Shown here: piece by piece, positions 45,746 to 54,482 of the stretch
How the letters are laid out: each line of letters starts with the position of its first letter
Numbering within the stretch: position 1 is the stretch's first letter
Translations under genes and position numbers: made by a program
Assembly (NCBI GenBank): GCA_041653615.1
Contig: JBAZEZ010000001.1
Coordinates: 14,041 to 78,040 of the forward strand
Source: Candidatus Ratteibacteria bacterium
GTDB taxonomy: Bacteria > Ratteibacteria > UBA8468 > MWAK01
Reading direction: 5' to 3'
DNA length: 64,000 nt
Notes under the pieces: model-generated
What the model saw: only the letters and a program-made list of their open reading frames with translations
Told to the model about the DNA's origin: nothing
Databases searched by the model: none

Positions 45746-46776
45746 TATTTCAGCTTAATGTCTTTCATCATCTTGATATTATAGTAACGAATATCGGTAA
45801 GGGAATCCGGGAGCTTGCCGTTCCGAAAGGCTTTAATTAAATCCCGCGCGCCGTCTTCAACGGTACATCTGGGTGTAAACCCTAACTCGCGCTCAATCTT
45901 TTTACCCGAAATATGATAGGAACGGATATCATCGGAAGGTGTGGTGACAATTTCAATGTCTTCTTTTTCGGGCATCTCTTCCGCCACCACGTTCCGAACT
46001 ATTTCCGCGGTTTCCGCAACAGTGTAATTCTGGCAAACCACGTTGTAAACCTTTCCCGCTATCATAAAATCCGGAAATTCCAGCAATTTAGCGTAAAGGT
46101 CGACCATGTCCCGCATGTGAAGGTTCGGACGCATCTGCGAACCGCCGAAAACCGTAATGCAGCCGGAATTAACCGCGTGATTAGTCAGAATATTAACCGT
46201 AAGGTCCAGCCGTTGGCGCGGGGAACAGCCGCATATCGTCGCCGGACGAATAATCACCGGAACGAAATTTGAAGACGAAGATTCTAAAAGAACCGGTTCG
46301 CACATTGCCTTATACTTGTTATATAAAGATACCGGCACCAGCGGATGGTCTTCGGTGACATCCGCATCCCCGCTGATTCCGTATACGCTGCCCGAAGAAG
46401 CAAGGATAAACCTTTGAATACCGGCGTCTTTGCTGATTTGCACCAACGGGCCAAACGCGTCATAATTTATCGATTGACTCAGAAAGGGGTCCAACTCGAC
46501 GCTCGGGTCGTTCGATATACAAGCCAGATGAATCACCGCGTCACAACCGGCCACGACCTCTTTCAACAAATTCTGATTGCGAATATCACCTTTGATTTGC
46601 TCGAGATTACGATTGTCTTTTACCGAATCCAAAACATGTTCGCCGTAAATATACAGGTCAATGACCTTAACCTTATATCCCTGCTTCAACAACACCGGCA
46701 CCAACACGGACCCGACATATCCGGCGCCGCCGGTGACAAGTATCGTTTTAATATTTCCGGAACTCTTTGTCCCCAT
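45745..46776 (-). CDS. NAD-dependent epimerase/dehydratase (NDP-sugar epimerase)
   Basis: ILVTGGAGYVGSVLVPVLL and YNKYKAM. Confidence 0.8.
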   Translation of the reverse strand: MGTKSSGNIKTILVTGGAGYVGSVLVPVLLKQGYKVKVIDLYIYGEHVLDSVKDNRNLEQIKGDIRNQNLLKEVVAGCDAVIHLACISNDPSVELDPFLSQSINYDAFGPLVQISKDAGIQRFILASSGSVYGISGDADVTEDHPLVPVSLYNKYKAMCEPVLLESSSSNFVPVIIRPATICGCSPRQRLDLTVNILTNHAVNSGCITVFGGSQMRPNLHMRDMVDLYAKLLEFPDFMIAGKVYNVVCQNYTVAETAEIVRNVVAEEMPEKEDIEIVTTPSDDIRSYHISGKKIERELGFTPRCTVEDGARDLIKAFRNGKLPDSLTDIRYYNIKMMKDIKLK

Positions 46777-46802
46777 GATAACTTTTCCTCTAAATTACCT
46801 GT

Positions 46803-47408
46803 TTAGAAATTTTTTGCTTTAACCCCGGTGCCGTACTGAACCAAATCCATCCAATGGTGCAAAACCGCCGCGTGGCACGTCTCCACCTCTCCGTAAGCAG
46901 CGGCTTCTACATACACATTGAGCCGCCCTTTTCGCCGCAGCGGATTTAACCGGTTCATGCCCGAAAGCGTCACGACGGTAAGCCCCAACCTGTTGGCCAC
47001 ATCGACCGCGGTTAAAACATTCGGTGACCGTCCGGAACTGCTGATTGCCAGAAGCATATCTCCGGAGCATCCTCTGCGCCGCAGCGGTTCGGCAAAAACA
47101 TGTTTATAGCCCTTATCATTAGAAATTGCCGTGATCAACGAAAGGTCGGAAAAAACCTCGGTATGAAGCTGGGCATTTTTCGCAAGGTCCGCGGCAAAAT
47201 GGCTCGCCATGGAAGCACTGGCTCCGTTCCCGATTAAATAAATCGTTCTCTTTTTCTTCCGAAGTTCGCGCGTGAGGCGCTGCCATTCCAAAAATCCCCG
47301 GCCGGAACTAATTTCCCGTCCACTCTTATCACGGAAAGAAACCGACAGAAGTAAATTGCAGAGTTGCTTCACTTGAACCGGCCAATCACAAACCTTTACA
47401 TTCCCCAT
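46803..47408 (-). CDS. gmhA: D-sedoheptulose-7-phosphate isomerase (SIS domain)
   Basis: IYLIGNGASASMASHFAADL and LLAISSSGRSPNV...VVTLSG align with the GmhA motifs. Confidence 0.8.
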   Translation of the reverse strand: MGNVKVCDWPVQVKQLCNLLLSVSFRDKSGREISSGRGFLEWQRLTRELRKKKRTIYLIGNGASASMASHFAADLAKNAQLHTEVFSDLSLITAISNDKGYKHVFAEPLRRRGCSGDMLLAISSSGRSPNVLTAVDVANRLGLTVVTLSGMNRLNPLRRKGRLNVYVEAAAYGEVETCHAAVLHHWMDLVQYGTGVKAKNF

Positions 47409-47420
47409 ATTTCCCCGGCT

Positions 47421-48947
47421 TTATTTTAAAAGCGTCTCTATTTGCCGCAATAAAGGCACGCGTTCGATCGATCTACGGTGACCGACGGTCGCGATGGCCT
47501 GAGCGCCGACGGCGTTACCGATGAAACCGATAATTTCCATCGGCGCTTTTTGAACCGCGCATAACGCCGTGAGGGAAAGAAACGCATCTCCGGCTCCCAT
47601 CCGGTCTACCACCTGACCGGCAAACGTCGGTACCGGAAAAAATTTCTCGTCCTTACTGTAGCAAAGACAACCGTTGTTACCGCGTGTAACAACCACCTGG
47701 CCGCAATCAAGTTTTCGAGAAACATCCAGAACTATCTCCCTCAAATCCTCACGCCTCTCTCTTGCCTCCAGCCGAAATTCGTTTTCGGCCATGCAAACAT
47801 AATCTGCCCGCGGATATTTAGAAATCGTGTGGTATCCCAGATTCCCGGCGTTGGATTGCGTATTAAGCGCCAGGAACCGGGATTTACCGCACAGGACGGA
47901 AATCGCTTCCTTGCTGAACATGCCGTGACCGAAATCAACCGCAATCACAACATCATGCTCCGAAACTTTCTTTTCCAGAATATCGCAGAACATCCGGTTT
48001 TCCTCGGAAGCCAGCTCTTCGTCGTTCATCTCATAAATTTCCAGAAGCTTCGTAAAAAAGTAGTTTTCGATAAAGCGCCGCTTAACGATAGTCGGAGAGT
48101 CTTTTCGGTACAAAAGTAATTTTTCGATTTTGCGGTCCAAATTATTCCTGATAAACTCTTCCTGGGAATTTTCAGCTCCCAGAAAAGTAACCAGGCTGAC
48201 ATTATCGCAGAAATTCGCCACATGGTTGGCTACCGCCAGAATCCCTCCGCCGAATTTTTCGGCCGAAAGTCGTTTTACCGCTAACATAGGTTCCTTGGAA
48301 GACTTACCGATTGCCTGGCAATATTGATATTCGTCAATAATGGCTTCACCAACCACCAATACTTTGAGTGAACGCGCTTTTTCCAGATATCCCAAGACTT
48401 CGGTCACCGGGTGCCGGCCGGAAAAATTGGCTAAGTATTCCGTAACCTCATTTGAAAAAACCGGTAGATAACGGTTGATAAGGTTTGAAGCGCTGAAGGT
48501 AACACCCTCCGTAAAAGCCAGCTGTCCTCCCACCGATTTAACCGCTTCTTCTTCTAATTTGATTCCTCCGGTGCAATCTTTTTCCGCATCCCGGTATTCG
48601 GAACCTTTAACATAAAAATCCGGTTTTAAAAGTTTAATCGTTTCCACCGCGGTTGGCCACTTATTGACGGCAACATAGTCAACGCACTCCAGTCCGGCAA
48701 TAGATTCCACACGTAAATCCTCGGTAAAAGCAGGCCGGTGTGGTCCTTTATTCACGTATCGGTCCGGCGTTACCGTAACAACCAAAACGTCTCCCAATTT
48801 CTTTGCCTGCTCAAAATAACGGATATGACCAATGTGCATCAGGTCGAAAACACCGTGGCAGAGAACCACCTTCTTCTTTTGAGCGCGAACAGTTACCAGC
48901 AATTCACTCAGTTCTTCAATTCCGCCGATTTTTATGTTTTTAGGCAT
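47421..48947 (-). CDS. hldE: bifunctional heptose-1-phosphate nucleotidyltransferase / PfkB-family heptose kinase (HldE/RfaE-like, domains in reverse order)
   Basis: The N-terminal cytidylyltransferase-like domain (VLCHGVFDLMHIGHIRYF) corresponds to HldE domain II. The C-terminal ribokinase/PfkB domain (GAGDAF) corresponds to HldE domain I. Confidence 0.7.
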   Translation of the reverse strand: MPKNIKIGGIEELSELLVTVRAQKKKVVLCHGVFDLMHIGHIRYFEQAKKLGDVLVVTVTPDRYVNKGPHRPAFTEDLRVESIAGLECVDYVAVNKWPTAVETIKLLKPDFYVKGSEYRDAEKDCTGGIKLEEEAVKSVGGQLAFTEGVTFSASNLINRYLPVFSNEVTEYLANFSGRHPVTEVLGYLEKARSLKVLVVGEAIIDEYQYCQAIGKSSKEPMLAVKRLSAEKFGGGILAVANHVANFCDNVSLVTFLGAENSQEEFIRNNLDRKIEKLLLYRKDSPTIVKRRFIENYFFTKLLEIYEMNDEELASEENRMFCDILEKKVSEHDVVIAVDFGHGMFSKEAISVLCGKSRFLALNTQSNAGNLGYHTISKYPRADYVCMAENEFRLEARERREDLREIVLDVSRKLDCGQVVVTRGNNGCLCYSKDEKFFPVPTFAGQVVDRMGAGDAFLSLTALCAVQKAPMEIIGFIGNAVGAQAIATVGHRRSIERVPLLRQIETLLK

Positions 48948-48992
48948 ATGTTTACGGTACGCGTTTAATCTATTTTCCCGACCTGCCGTCAG

Positions 48993-49478
48993 CTAAAAGA
49001 AATTAAGTAATTGCCTGGCCTTTTTAGAGAACTCGTTAATTTCGCCGAACCGTTGGCCGTAGGTCTTAAACCTTTTCGACTCCTCCGCCGAAATCTTTCC
49101 TTTGGGCTTAACCTCTTCGTCCAATTCCGTGATACCTTCGTCAACCAGGTCAAGACGCTTTTTAAGTCCGGCCTTTATCCGGTTTTTGGCAATGCCCCAA
49201 AGGTCACGGTTTGCCTGATAATAATTTTGCTTGGAACCCTTGCGCCAAACCGGTTTAACCGCCCCCCACTCTTCCAGTTTTCGGATATTGAGACTAGCGC
49301 TGCCCTTGCTGATATGCAGCATTGAACTTAATTCGGTAAGCGACAGCAGGCCATCCTCCAGGTAAAGAGCGGCGTACAGCTGGCAGGTTGTCCGGTTAAG
49401 GCCGATACTCTCGCCTAAACGTCCGATTTCACCGATAAAATGGTCCCTGATTTCTTCCGGGTTTTTTTGATTATTCAT
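48993..49478 (-). CDS. winged-helix transcriptional regulator (GbsR/MarR-like)
   Basis: HTH segment LSLTELSSMLHISKGSASLNIRKLEEWG and the overall GbsR-like layout. Confidence 0.55.
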   Translation of the reverse strand: MNNQKNPEEIRDHFIGEIGRLGESIGLNRTTCQLYAALYLEDGLLSLTELSSMLHISKGSASLNIRKLEEWGAVKPVWRKGSKQNYYQANRDLWGIAKNRIKAGLKKRLDLVDEGITELDEEVKPKGKISAEESKRFKTYGQRFGEINEFSKKARQLLNFF

Positions 49479-49530
49479 ATCGTTTAATCTATTTTAAACG
49501 AATAGAACAAGCTTGTCAAGGGAGCGGAAA

Positions 49531-51054
49531 TCAATAGATTTGGCCGGATTGGCACTGAAATATAAAACGATTGAAGATGTTTATCTTTTTTTGAGCCAGA
49601 CCGGCCTGACCGTGCGCCTGGTCAAATGCGACCGACTTTCTGGTTATAATGGCATAGCTTTTAACATTGACTTCGCCGATGCGCGGTCCGGACCAGGAAT
49701 TAACCAGAACAAAAGAAAGGATTGCCAGGGCAAAAAGACTCGAACAGACCGAAATTAAATCTCTGGTGGAGCGAAAAGATTCAAGAGACAGGCGTGACGC
49801 CTGTCCTACTGAGAGATTATTCGGCTTAAGCCTCAGAATGACATCAGAATGGGATTGCCGCACAAAGTGCATTCGCAATAACCGGATTTTTTCAAAAAGG
49901 AAATAGAGATAACCGGAGGCCAAAAGGATAAAACCGGCCGTGGCCGGAAGACGATAACGACCGGTGATAAAAAAAGCCACAACGGAAACGACACCGGCAA
50001 ACGTGTAAACCTGGAGATAGCGAAACCTCACGCTTGACGCGGTAAAAAAGCCGACCAGTCCCAGCGGAACGATAAGACCAAACGCAAGTAGAGGAAGTTT
50101 CAGGGTATTGGTAATGGAGGTCATCAGATAAATGTTCAGGTTTTGGGGCCATTCATAAGAAGAGAAGAAAAAAATGGTTTTTTTCCCCCAAAGTTTCCAG
50201 AACTCGAGCGAGACCGGCGAAAGCAGCGGCCCTTTGGGGTAAATGAAAAGGCCGATACTGTCGGCGCTGTTGCCAAACCGCCAGGCTACCGGACCGTTGG
50301 TAGAAATGGTCACAAACTTACCGGCCAAGAGCGAATTGCGCATAATAACGGGCGCAACCAGAAGGAAAAAACCGAGGAGGAAAAGAAGAGGAGAAATAAA
50401 AAATGGTTTCCCCCTCACCATTTCTCGCCCCTTCGGAGAGAAAAATGTCAGGAAAAAGGAAAAAGAAAGAAAGAGCAGAATGGTGGGCTTGACGATAGCA
50501 GCCAAACCGAAACTCAGGCCGGCCAGCAGCCAGCGAATTTTTCGCTCCGGATATTCCAGCGTCCAATAAACCAGGAACAGACAGAGAACGTTGGTAAAGA
50601 GAACAAAACTGTCACTCAAGAGCGTCGCCGAATAGTAGATAAAAGGCCGGTAGCAAGAATAAAGAACGCAAGCGATTAAGCCGACCCAATCGTTCCAGAG
50701 CCGTTTTCCGATAAGAAAAATAAGGAACGCAGCCAACAAGTCAAGCAGAACCTGGATAATGCCGACCGCCAGATAATTGTGCATACCGAAAATACGGTAG
50801 ATTACGGCCAAAAAATAGGCATAACCGGGCGGCTGGTAAAAAGGACTGCCGTCAACGATCCAGGGATGGCTCACAACCTTCGCGCCGATTTCGTCCCAGG
50901 TACGCTGGTCCAGACCGGAGAGCAATTGGGCATTAAAGAATGGGGTCTGACGAAATTCAAAAAGGTAGGAAAGACGAAGCAGAAGTCCGAGAAAAAGAAT
51001 AGCAAAAAGGATAAGATGTTTCTTCTCCGGCAGGGAAGATGATTTACAACTCAT
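49531..51054 (-). CDS. GT-C fold membrane glycosyltransferase (ArnT/PMT family)
   Basis: 507 aa and polytopic. ...QPPGYAYFLAVIYRIFGMHNY... is the canonical ArnT/PMT N-terminal loop motif. Confidence 0.75.
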   Translation of the reverse strand: MSCKSSSLPEKKHLILFAILFLGLLLRLSYLFEFRQTPFFNAQLLSGLDQRTWDEIGAKVVSHPWIVDGSPFYQPPGYAYFLAVIYRIFGMHNYLAVGIIQVLLDLLAAFLIFLIGKRLWNDWVGLIACVLYSCYRPFIYYSATLLSDSFVLFTNVLCLFLVYWTLEYPERKIRWLLAGLSFGLAAIVKPTILLFLSFSFFLTFFSPKGREMVRGKPFFISPLLFLLGFFLLVAPVIMRNSLLAGKFVTISTNGPVAWRFGNSADSIGLFIYPKGPLLSPVSLEFWKLWGKKTIFFFSSYEWPQNLNIYLMTSITNTLKLPLLAFGLIVPLGLVGFFTASSVRFRYLQVYTFAGVVSVVAFFITGRYRLPATAGFILLASGYLYFLFEKIRLLRMHFVRQSHSDVILRLKPNNLSVGQASRLSLESFRSTRDLISVCSSLFALAILSFVLVNSWSGPRIGEVNVKSYAIITRKSVAFDQAHGQAGLAQKKINIFNRFIFQCQSGQIY

Positions 51055-51704
51055 CTTTTCTCTGCCACAATCAGCATCTGCTTACCAAAAAAGCGCCAGC
51101 TCAAGGGAAATTTTAGATAAAAACGGAGGAGCCGGGCAGATTGGGGCAACCAAGATTTTGTGGTATAGGGAAGAAACCGCGATACCACTTTTTTAATTTC
51201 AAAACCGGAAACAGTGAGGGCTTCGCAAAAACCTCGGTGGTTAAACGGAAGAGTGTGGTCGAAAAAATTCCAAAATTCCCAGCGCACGCAAACAATATTA
51301 GGCGATATAACCATGATTAAACCTTGAAATTTTAATATTCGCTTAACTTCTCGCAACGTTTCCAAAGCTGTTTCCCGGTCAGGCAAATGCTCAAAAAAAT
51401 TGCTGCAAAACACCAAATCAATCGAATTATCCGGAATAATTGACATTGCCGTACTTGTAGAAATCAGCGTTTCAACTCCCGTATTCGCGTAATTATTAAC
51501 GTCGGGGTTAACATCCACCGCATACTTTTTACCACAAATAATATTATTAATAAATTCGCAGTAACCGGCGCCCAGATCTAAAACCGCAAAATCTTCCTTT
51601 ACGAATTGCTGAAGATAATGCTTTACTAAAACTTTCCACATCTTTTCTTTTTTCCCTTTATCGGATTCCGTGAAACGCATCCGATAAGTCTCCGTCGTAT
51701 CCAT
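51051..51704 (-). CDS. class I SAM-dependent methyltransferase
   Basis: VLDLGAGYCEF is motif I. Overlaps its neighbours by 1-4 nt. Confidence 0.7.
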   Translation of the reverse strand: MDTTETYRMRFTESDKGKKEKMWKVLVKHYLQQFVKEDFAVLDLGAGYCEFINNIICGKKYAVDVNPDVNNYANTGVETLISTSTAMSIIPDNSIDLVFCSNFFEHLPDRETALETLREVKRILKFQGLIMVISPNIVCVRWEFWNFFDHTLPFNHRGFCEALTVSGFEIKKVVSRFLPYTTKSWLPQSARLLRFYLKFPLSWRFFGKQMLIVAEKR

Positions 51705-52666
51705 TATTTACTCCGGAAAGACGCGATGATGTTTTTGAGGGCTTTGTCAAGGTTAACTTTAGGGGAATAACCAATCGCTTCCTTAATACGGGATAAGTCC
51801 GGCAACCTTCGCCGCATATCTTCAAAACCGTTCCGGTAGGCCTCCTCCGGCGGCAGGTGAACGATACGGGAGTTGCTTCGACATAACGCCTTTACCCTTT
51901 CCGCTAATTCCTGAATCGTAATCTCTTCCCTGGTTCCGATGTTGAACACGCCTCCGAAGATACTTTTCTTTTGGGAAAGAAGATAAAGCGCCTCAACCGC
52001 GTCGGAAACGTAGGTGAACGAACGGGTCTGCTTGCCGTCTCCGTAAACGGTAATTTTCTCCCCGGCCAACGCCTGACCGACAAACCGGGGCACAACCATT
52101 CCATACCGGCCGGTCTGCCGCGGTCCGATGGTGTTAAAAAGACGGCCGATAACCACCGGAACTTTTTTTTCTGAAAAATAAGCCAGCGCCAAAAATTCAT
52201 CCAGCGCCTTACTGCAGGCATAGCCCCAGCGCCGGATAGTTGTGGGGCCCAACACCATATCATTTTCTTCCGAAAAAGGAACGTTTTCGTTTTTACCGTA
52301 AACTTCGCTGGTTGACGTAAGGACCACTCGCTGTCCTGACGCGACGGCTGCTTCCAACACGTTAAGCGTGCCTTCCACGTTGATTTTCAAAGATTGCAGC
52401 GGATTTTCGATAATATTTTTTACACCGACCGCGGCCGCCAGATGACAGATAATGTCAGCTTTGGAAACAAGACTTTCCAGAACGGAACGGTCAAGAACAG
52501 AACCAACCACCAGCTGAAAAGAAGGGTGGCCCTGTATCGACTTAATATTTCCCGGGCTGCCGGTGCTCAAATCATCGAGCGCGGTCACCTGATGCCCGCG
52601 CGAAATAAGGTACTCGCACAAATGGCTTCCGATAAACCCGGCGCCGCCGGTAATTAGGTATTTCAT
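51704..52666 (-). CDS. UDP-glucuronate decarboxylase (UXS/ArnA-C-terminal-like) extended SDR
   Basis: MKYLITGGAGFIGSHLCEYL...YACSKAL. Close to the UDP-xylose synthase pattern. Start taken at the internal ATG. Confidence 0.75.
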   Translation of the reverse strand: MKYLITGGAGFIGSHLCEYLISRGHQVTALDDLSTGSPGNIKSIQGHPSFQLVVGSVLDRSVLESLVSKADIICHLAAAVGVKNIIENPLQSLKINVEGTLNVLEAAVASGQRVVLTSTSEVYGKNENVPFSEENDMVLGPTTIRRWGYACSKALDEFLALAYFSEKKVPVVIGRLFNTIGPRQTGRYGMVVPRFVGQALAGEKITVYGDGKQTRSFTYVSDAVEALYLLSQKKSIFGGVFNIGTREEITIQELAERVKALCRSNSRIVHLPPEEAYRNGFEDMRRRLPDLSRIKEAIGYSPKVNLDKALKNIIASFRSK

Positions 52667-52727
52667 AGTCTCACAAATTAATCGGTTGGGATTGCCGCGC
52701 AAAATACGCTCGCGACGACAAACTCTT

Positions 52728-53987
52728 TCAGGTACCCAGACGCCAGGAAGAAAGATACTCCTCCTGCTCAGCTGTCAGGGTATCGATTTCAATTCCGGAA
52801 GCAGCCAGTTTCAAACGGGCGACCTCCCGGTCAATCGCTTCGGGAACCGGATAAAGAACCGGCTTAAGATCTTTGCCTTTTACGGTCAGATATTCCGCCG
52901 AGAGGGCCTGGTTGGCAAAACTCATGTCCATCACCGCCGAAGGATGACCCTCGGCTGCCGCCAGATTAAGCAGCCTGCCCTGCGCCAGAAGATAGATGCG
53001 GCGGCCGTCATTCATCTTAAACTCTTCCAGGTTTTCCCGTATCGTGCGCCGGGTTTTACCCAGTTTTTCTAAAGCCGGAATATCAATTTCCACGTCAAAA
53101 TGTCCGCTGTTACCCAAAATTGCGCCGTCCTTCATCAACCGGAAATGTTCTTCCCGAAAAATAGTCCGATTGCCGGTAGCGGTAAGAAAAATATCTCCGA
53201 TTTTCGCGGCTTCCACGGATTTCATAACCTGAAAACCGTCCATGGACGCTTCCAGGGCTCGCAACGGATCCACCTCGGTTATGATTACGATGGAACCCAT
53301 GCCTCTGGCGCGGGACGCGATTCCCCGGCTGCACCATCCGTAACCGGCCACCACCACTTTTTTTCCGGCCAGCAGAATATTGGTTGCCCGCAGTAAACCA
53401 TCGATGGTAGACTGCCCGGTTCCGTAACGATTATCAAAAAGATGTTTAGTCAGCGCCTCGTTAACCGCAATAATGGGAAAACGAATCTTCCCTTCTTTTT
53501 CCAGATTGCGAAAACGGATTACTCCGGTAGTAGTCTCTTCCGTTCCGCCCAGAACGGTGCGGCAGAAAATTTCGTCCTTCTGATGCGCCGCGCTGATAAG
53601 GTCGGCGCCGTCATCCATCAGTATTTCCGGTTTTGCCTCCAGGACCGAAGAAAGATGACGGTAATAATCATTCCTTTCTTCTCCGCGAAAAGCAAAAACA
53701 GCGACGCCATATTCCTTGGCCAGTGCCGCGGCGACACTATCGTTGGTGCTTAACGGATTGGAAGCGCACAAATAAACCCGGGCGCCTCCGGCCTGTAAAG
53801 TAATCGCCAGATTTGCGGTTTCAGAGGTAACATGCAGACAAGCTCCGATGCGCCGACCGGCCAGAGGTTTTGTTTTTTCAAAACGCTCGCGGATGGAAAA
53901 CAGTACCGGCATCTCCCGACCGGACCATTCGATTCGACGTACGCCTTCCGACGCCAGATTGATATCTTTAACTTCAAAATCAGACAT
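52728..53987 (-). CDS. ahcY: adenosylhomocysteinase
   Basis: Full-length AhcY, including the NAD-binding GYGWCSRG motif and the typical N-terminal domain. Confidence 0.9.
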   Translation of the reverse strand: MSDFEVKDINLASEGVRRIEWSGREMPVLFSIRERFEKTKPLAGRRIGACLHVTSETANLAITLQAGGARVYLCASNPLSTNDSVAAALAKEYGVAVFAFRGEERNDYYRHLSSVLEAKPEILMDDGADLISAAHQKDEIFCRTVLGGTEETTTGVIRFRNLEKEGKIRFPIIAVNEALTKHLFDNRYGTGQSTIDGLLRATNILLAGKKVVVAGYGWCSRGIASRARGMGSIVIITEVDPLRALEASMDGFQVMKSVEAAKIGDIFLTATGNRTIFREEHFRLMKDGAILGNSGHFDVEIDIPALEKLGKTRRTIRENLEEFKMNDGRRIYLLAQGRLLNLAAAEGHPSAVMDMSFANQALSAEYLTVKGKDLKPVLYPVPEAIDREVARLKLAASGIEIDTLTAEQEEYLSSWRLGT

Positions 53988-54139
53988 ACTCCTCCCCTAA
54001 GTTTACGTTCAACGATAAAATTTTATCCGAAAATCGAAAATGAAATTCGGCGCCTCGGTTAAAATGACAAAATAATGGAAAAGCGCGCCATTCCTTGTAT
54101 TGATAACATTTTCTTACCGTAATTTATTTTAACACACAA

Positions 54140-54176
54140 AAAAAAACTTGACAAATGTTTTAAGATATGTTTTACT
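54140..54176 (+). promoter_or_regulatory. sigma-70-like promoter: A-tract UP-like element, consensus -35 TTGACA (54148-54153), 17-bp spacer, -10-like TTTACT
   Basis: aacacacaaaaaaaaacTTGACAaatgttttaagatatgtTTTACT. It would drive + strand transcription into the lysine-rich micro-ORFs. Confidence 0.35.
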
Positions 54177-54259
54177 ATGTACCGAGAAGGGAAATATGTT
54201 TGTCGGTTTCGTGGATTAAACGCAATCATTTTTTATTTTCGAAAAAGGAGGTGATATCG

Positions 54260-54313
54260 GTGGCCAAGAAAGCAAAAAAAGCAGCCAAGAAAACAGCTAA
54301 GAAGAAAAAGTAA
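54260..54313 (+). CDS. 17-aa lysine/alanine-rich micro-ORF (VAKKAKKAAKKTAKKKK), GTG start
   Basis: A GGAGGTGA ribosome-binding site lies 8 nt upstream of GTG. Absent from the ORF track because it falls under the size cut-off. Confidence 0.3.
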   Translation: MAKKAKKAAKKTAKKKK

Positions 54314-54392
54314 AAATATTGGAAAAAGCGTTTGATGCTAAAAACCAATTAAAAAATACAACAAGCAAAACAATGAGGGAGGTGATTTAAAA

Positions 54393-54482
54393 ATGGCAAA
54401 AAAAGCAGCCAAGAAAAAAGTCGTCAAGAAAGCAGCCAAGAAAAAAGTCGTCAAGAAAGCGAAGAAGGGTTGTTGCAGATAG
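54393..54482 (+). CDS. 29-aa lysine-rich micro-protein (MAKKAAKKKVVKKAAKKKVVKKAKKGCCR)
   Basis: A GGGAGGTGA ribosome-binding site lies 8 nt upstream of ATG. Contains an internal 30-bp tandem DNA duplication. The 3' end overlaps coaB convergently by about 30 nt. Confidence 0.35.
   Translation: MAKKAAKKKVVKKAAKKKVVKKAKKGCCR

Noticed and set aside
50143-50679. 178-aa plus-strand Lys/Arg/Glu-rich ORF, and 108-aa and 82-aa relatives, opposite the 49531..51054 GT-C gene
   Set aside because: Reverse complement of a Phe/Leu-rich membrane-protein gene, which is necessarily Lys/Glu-rich. No start context.
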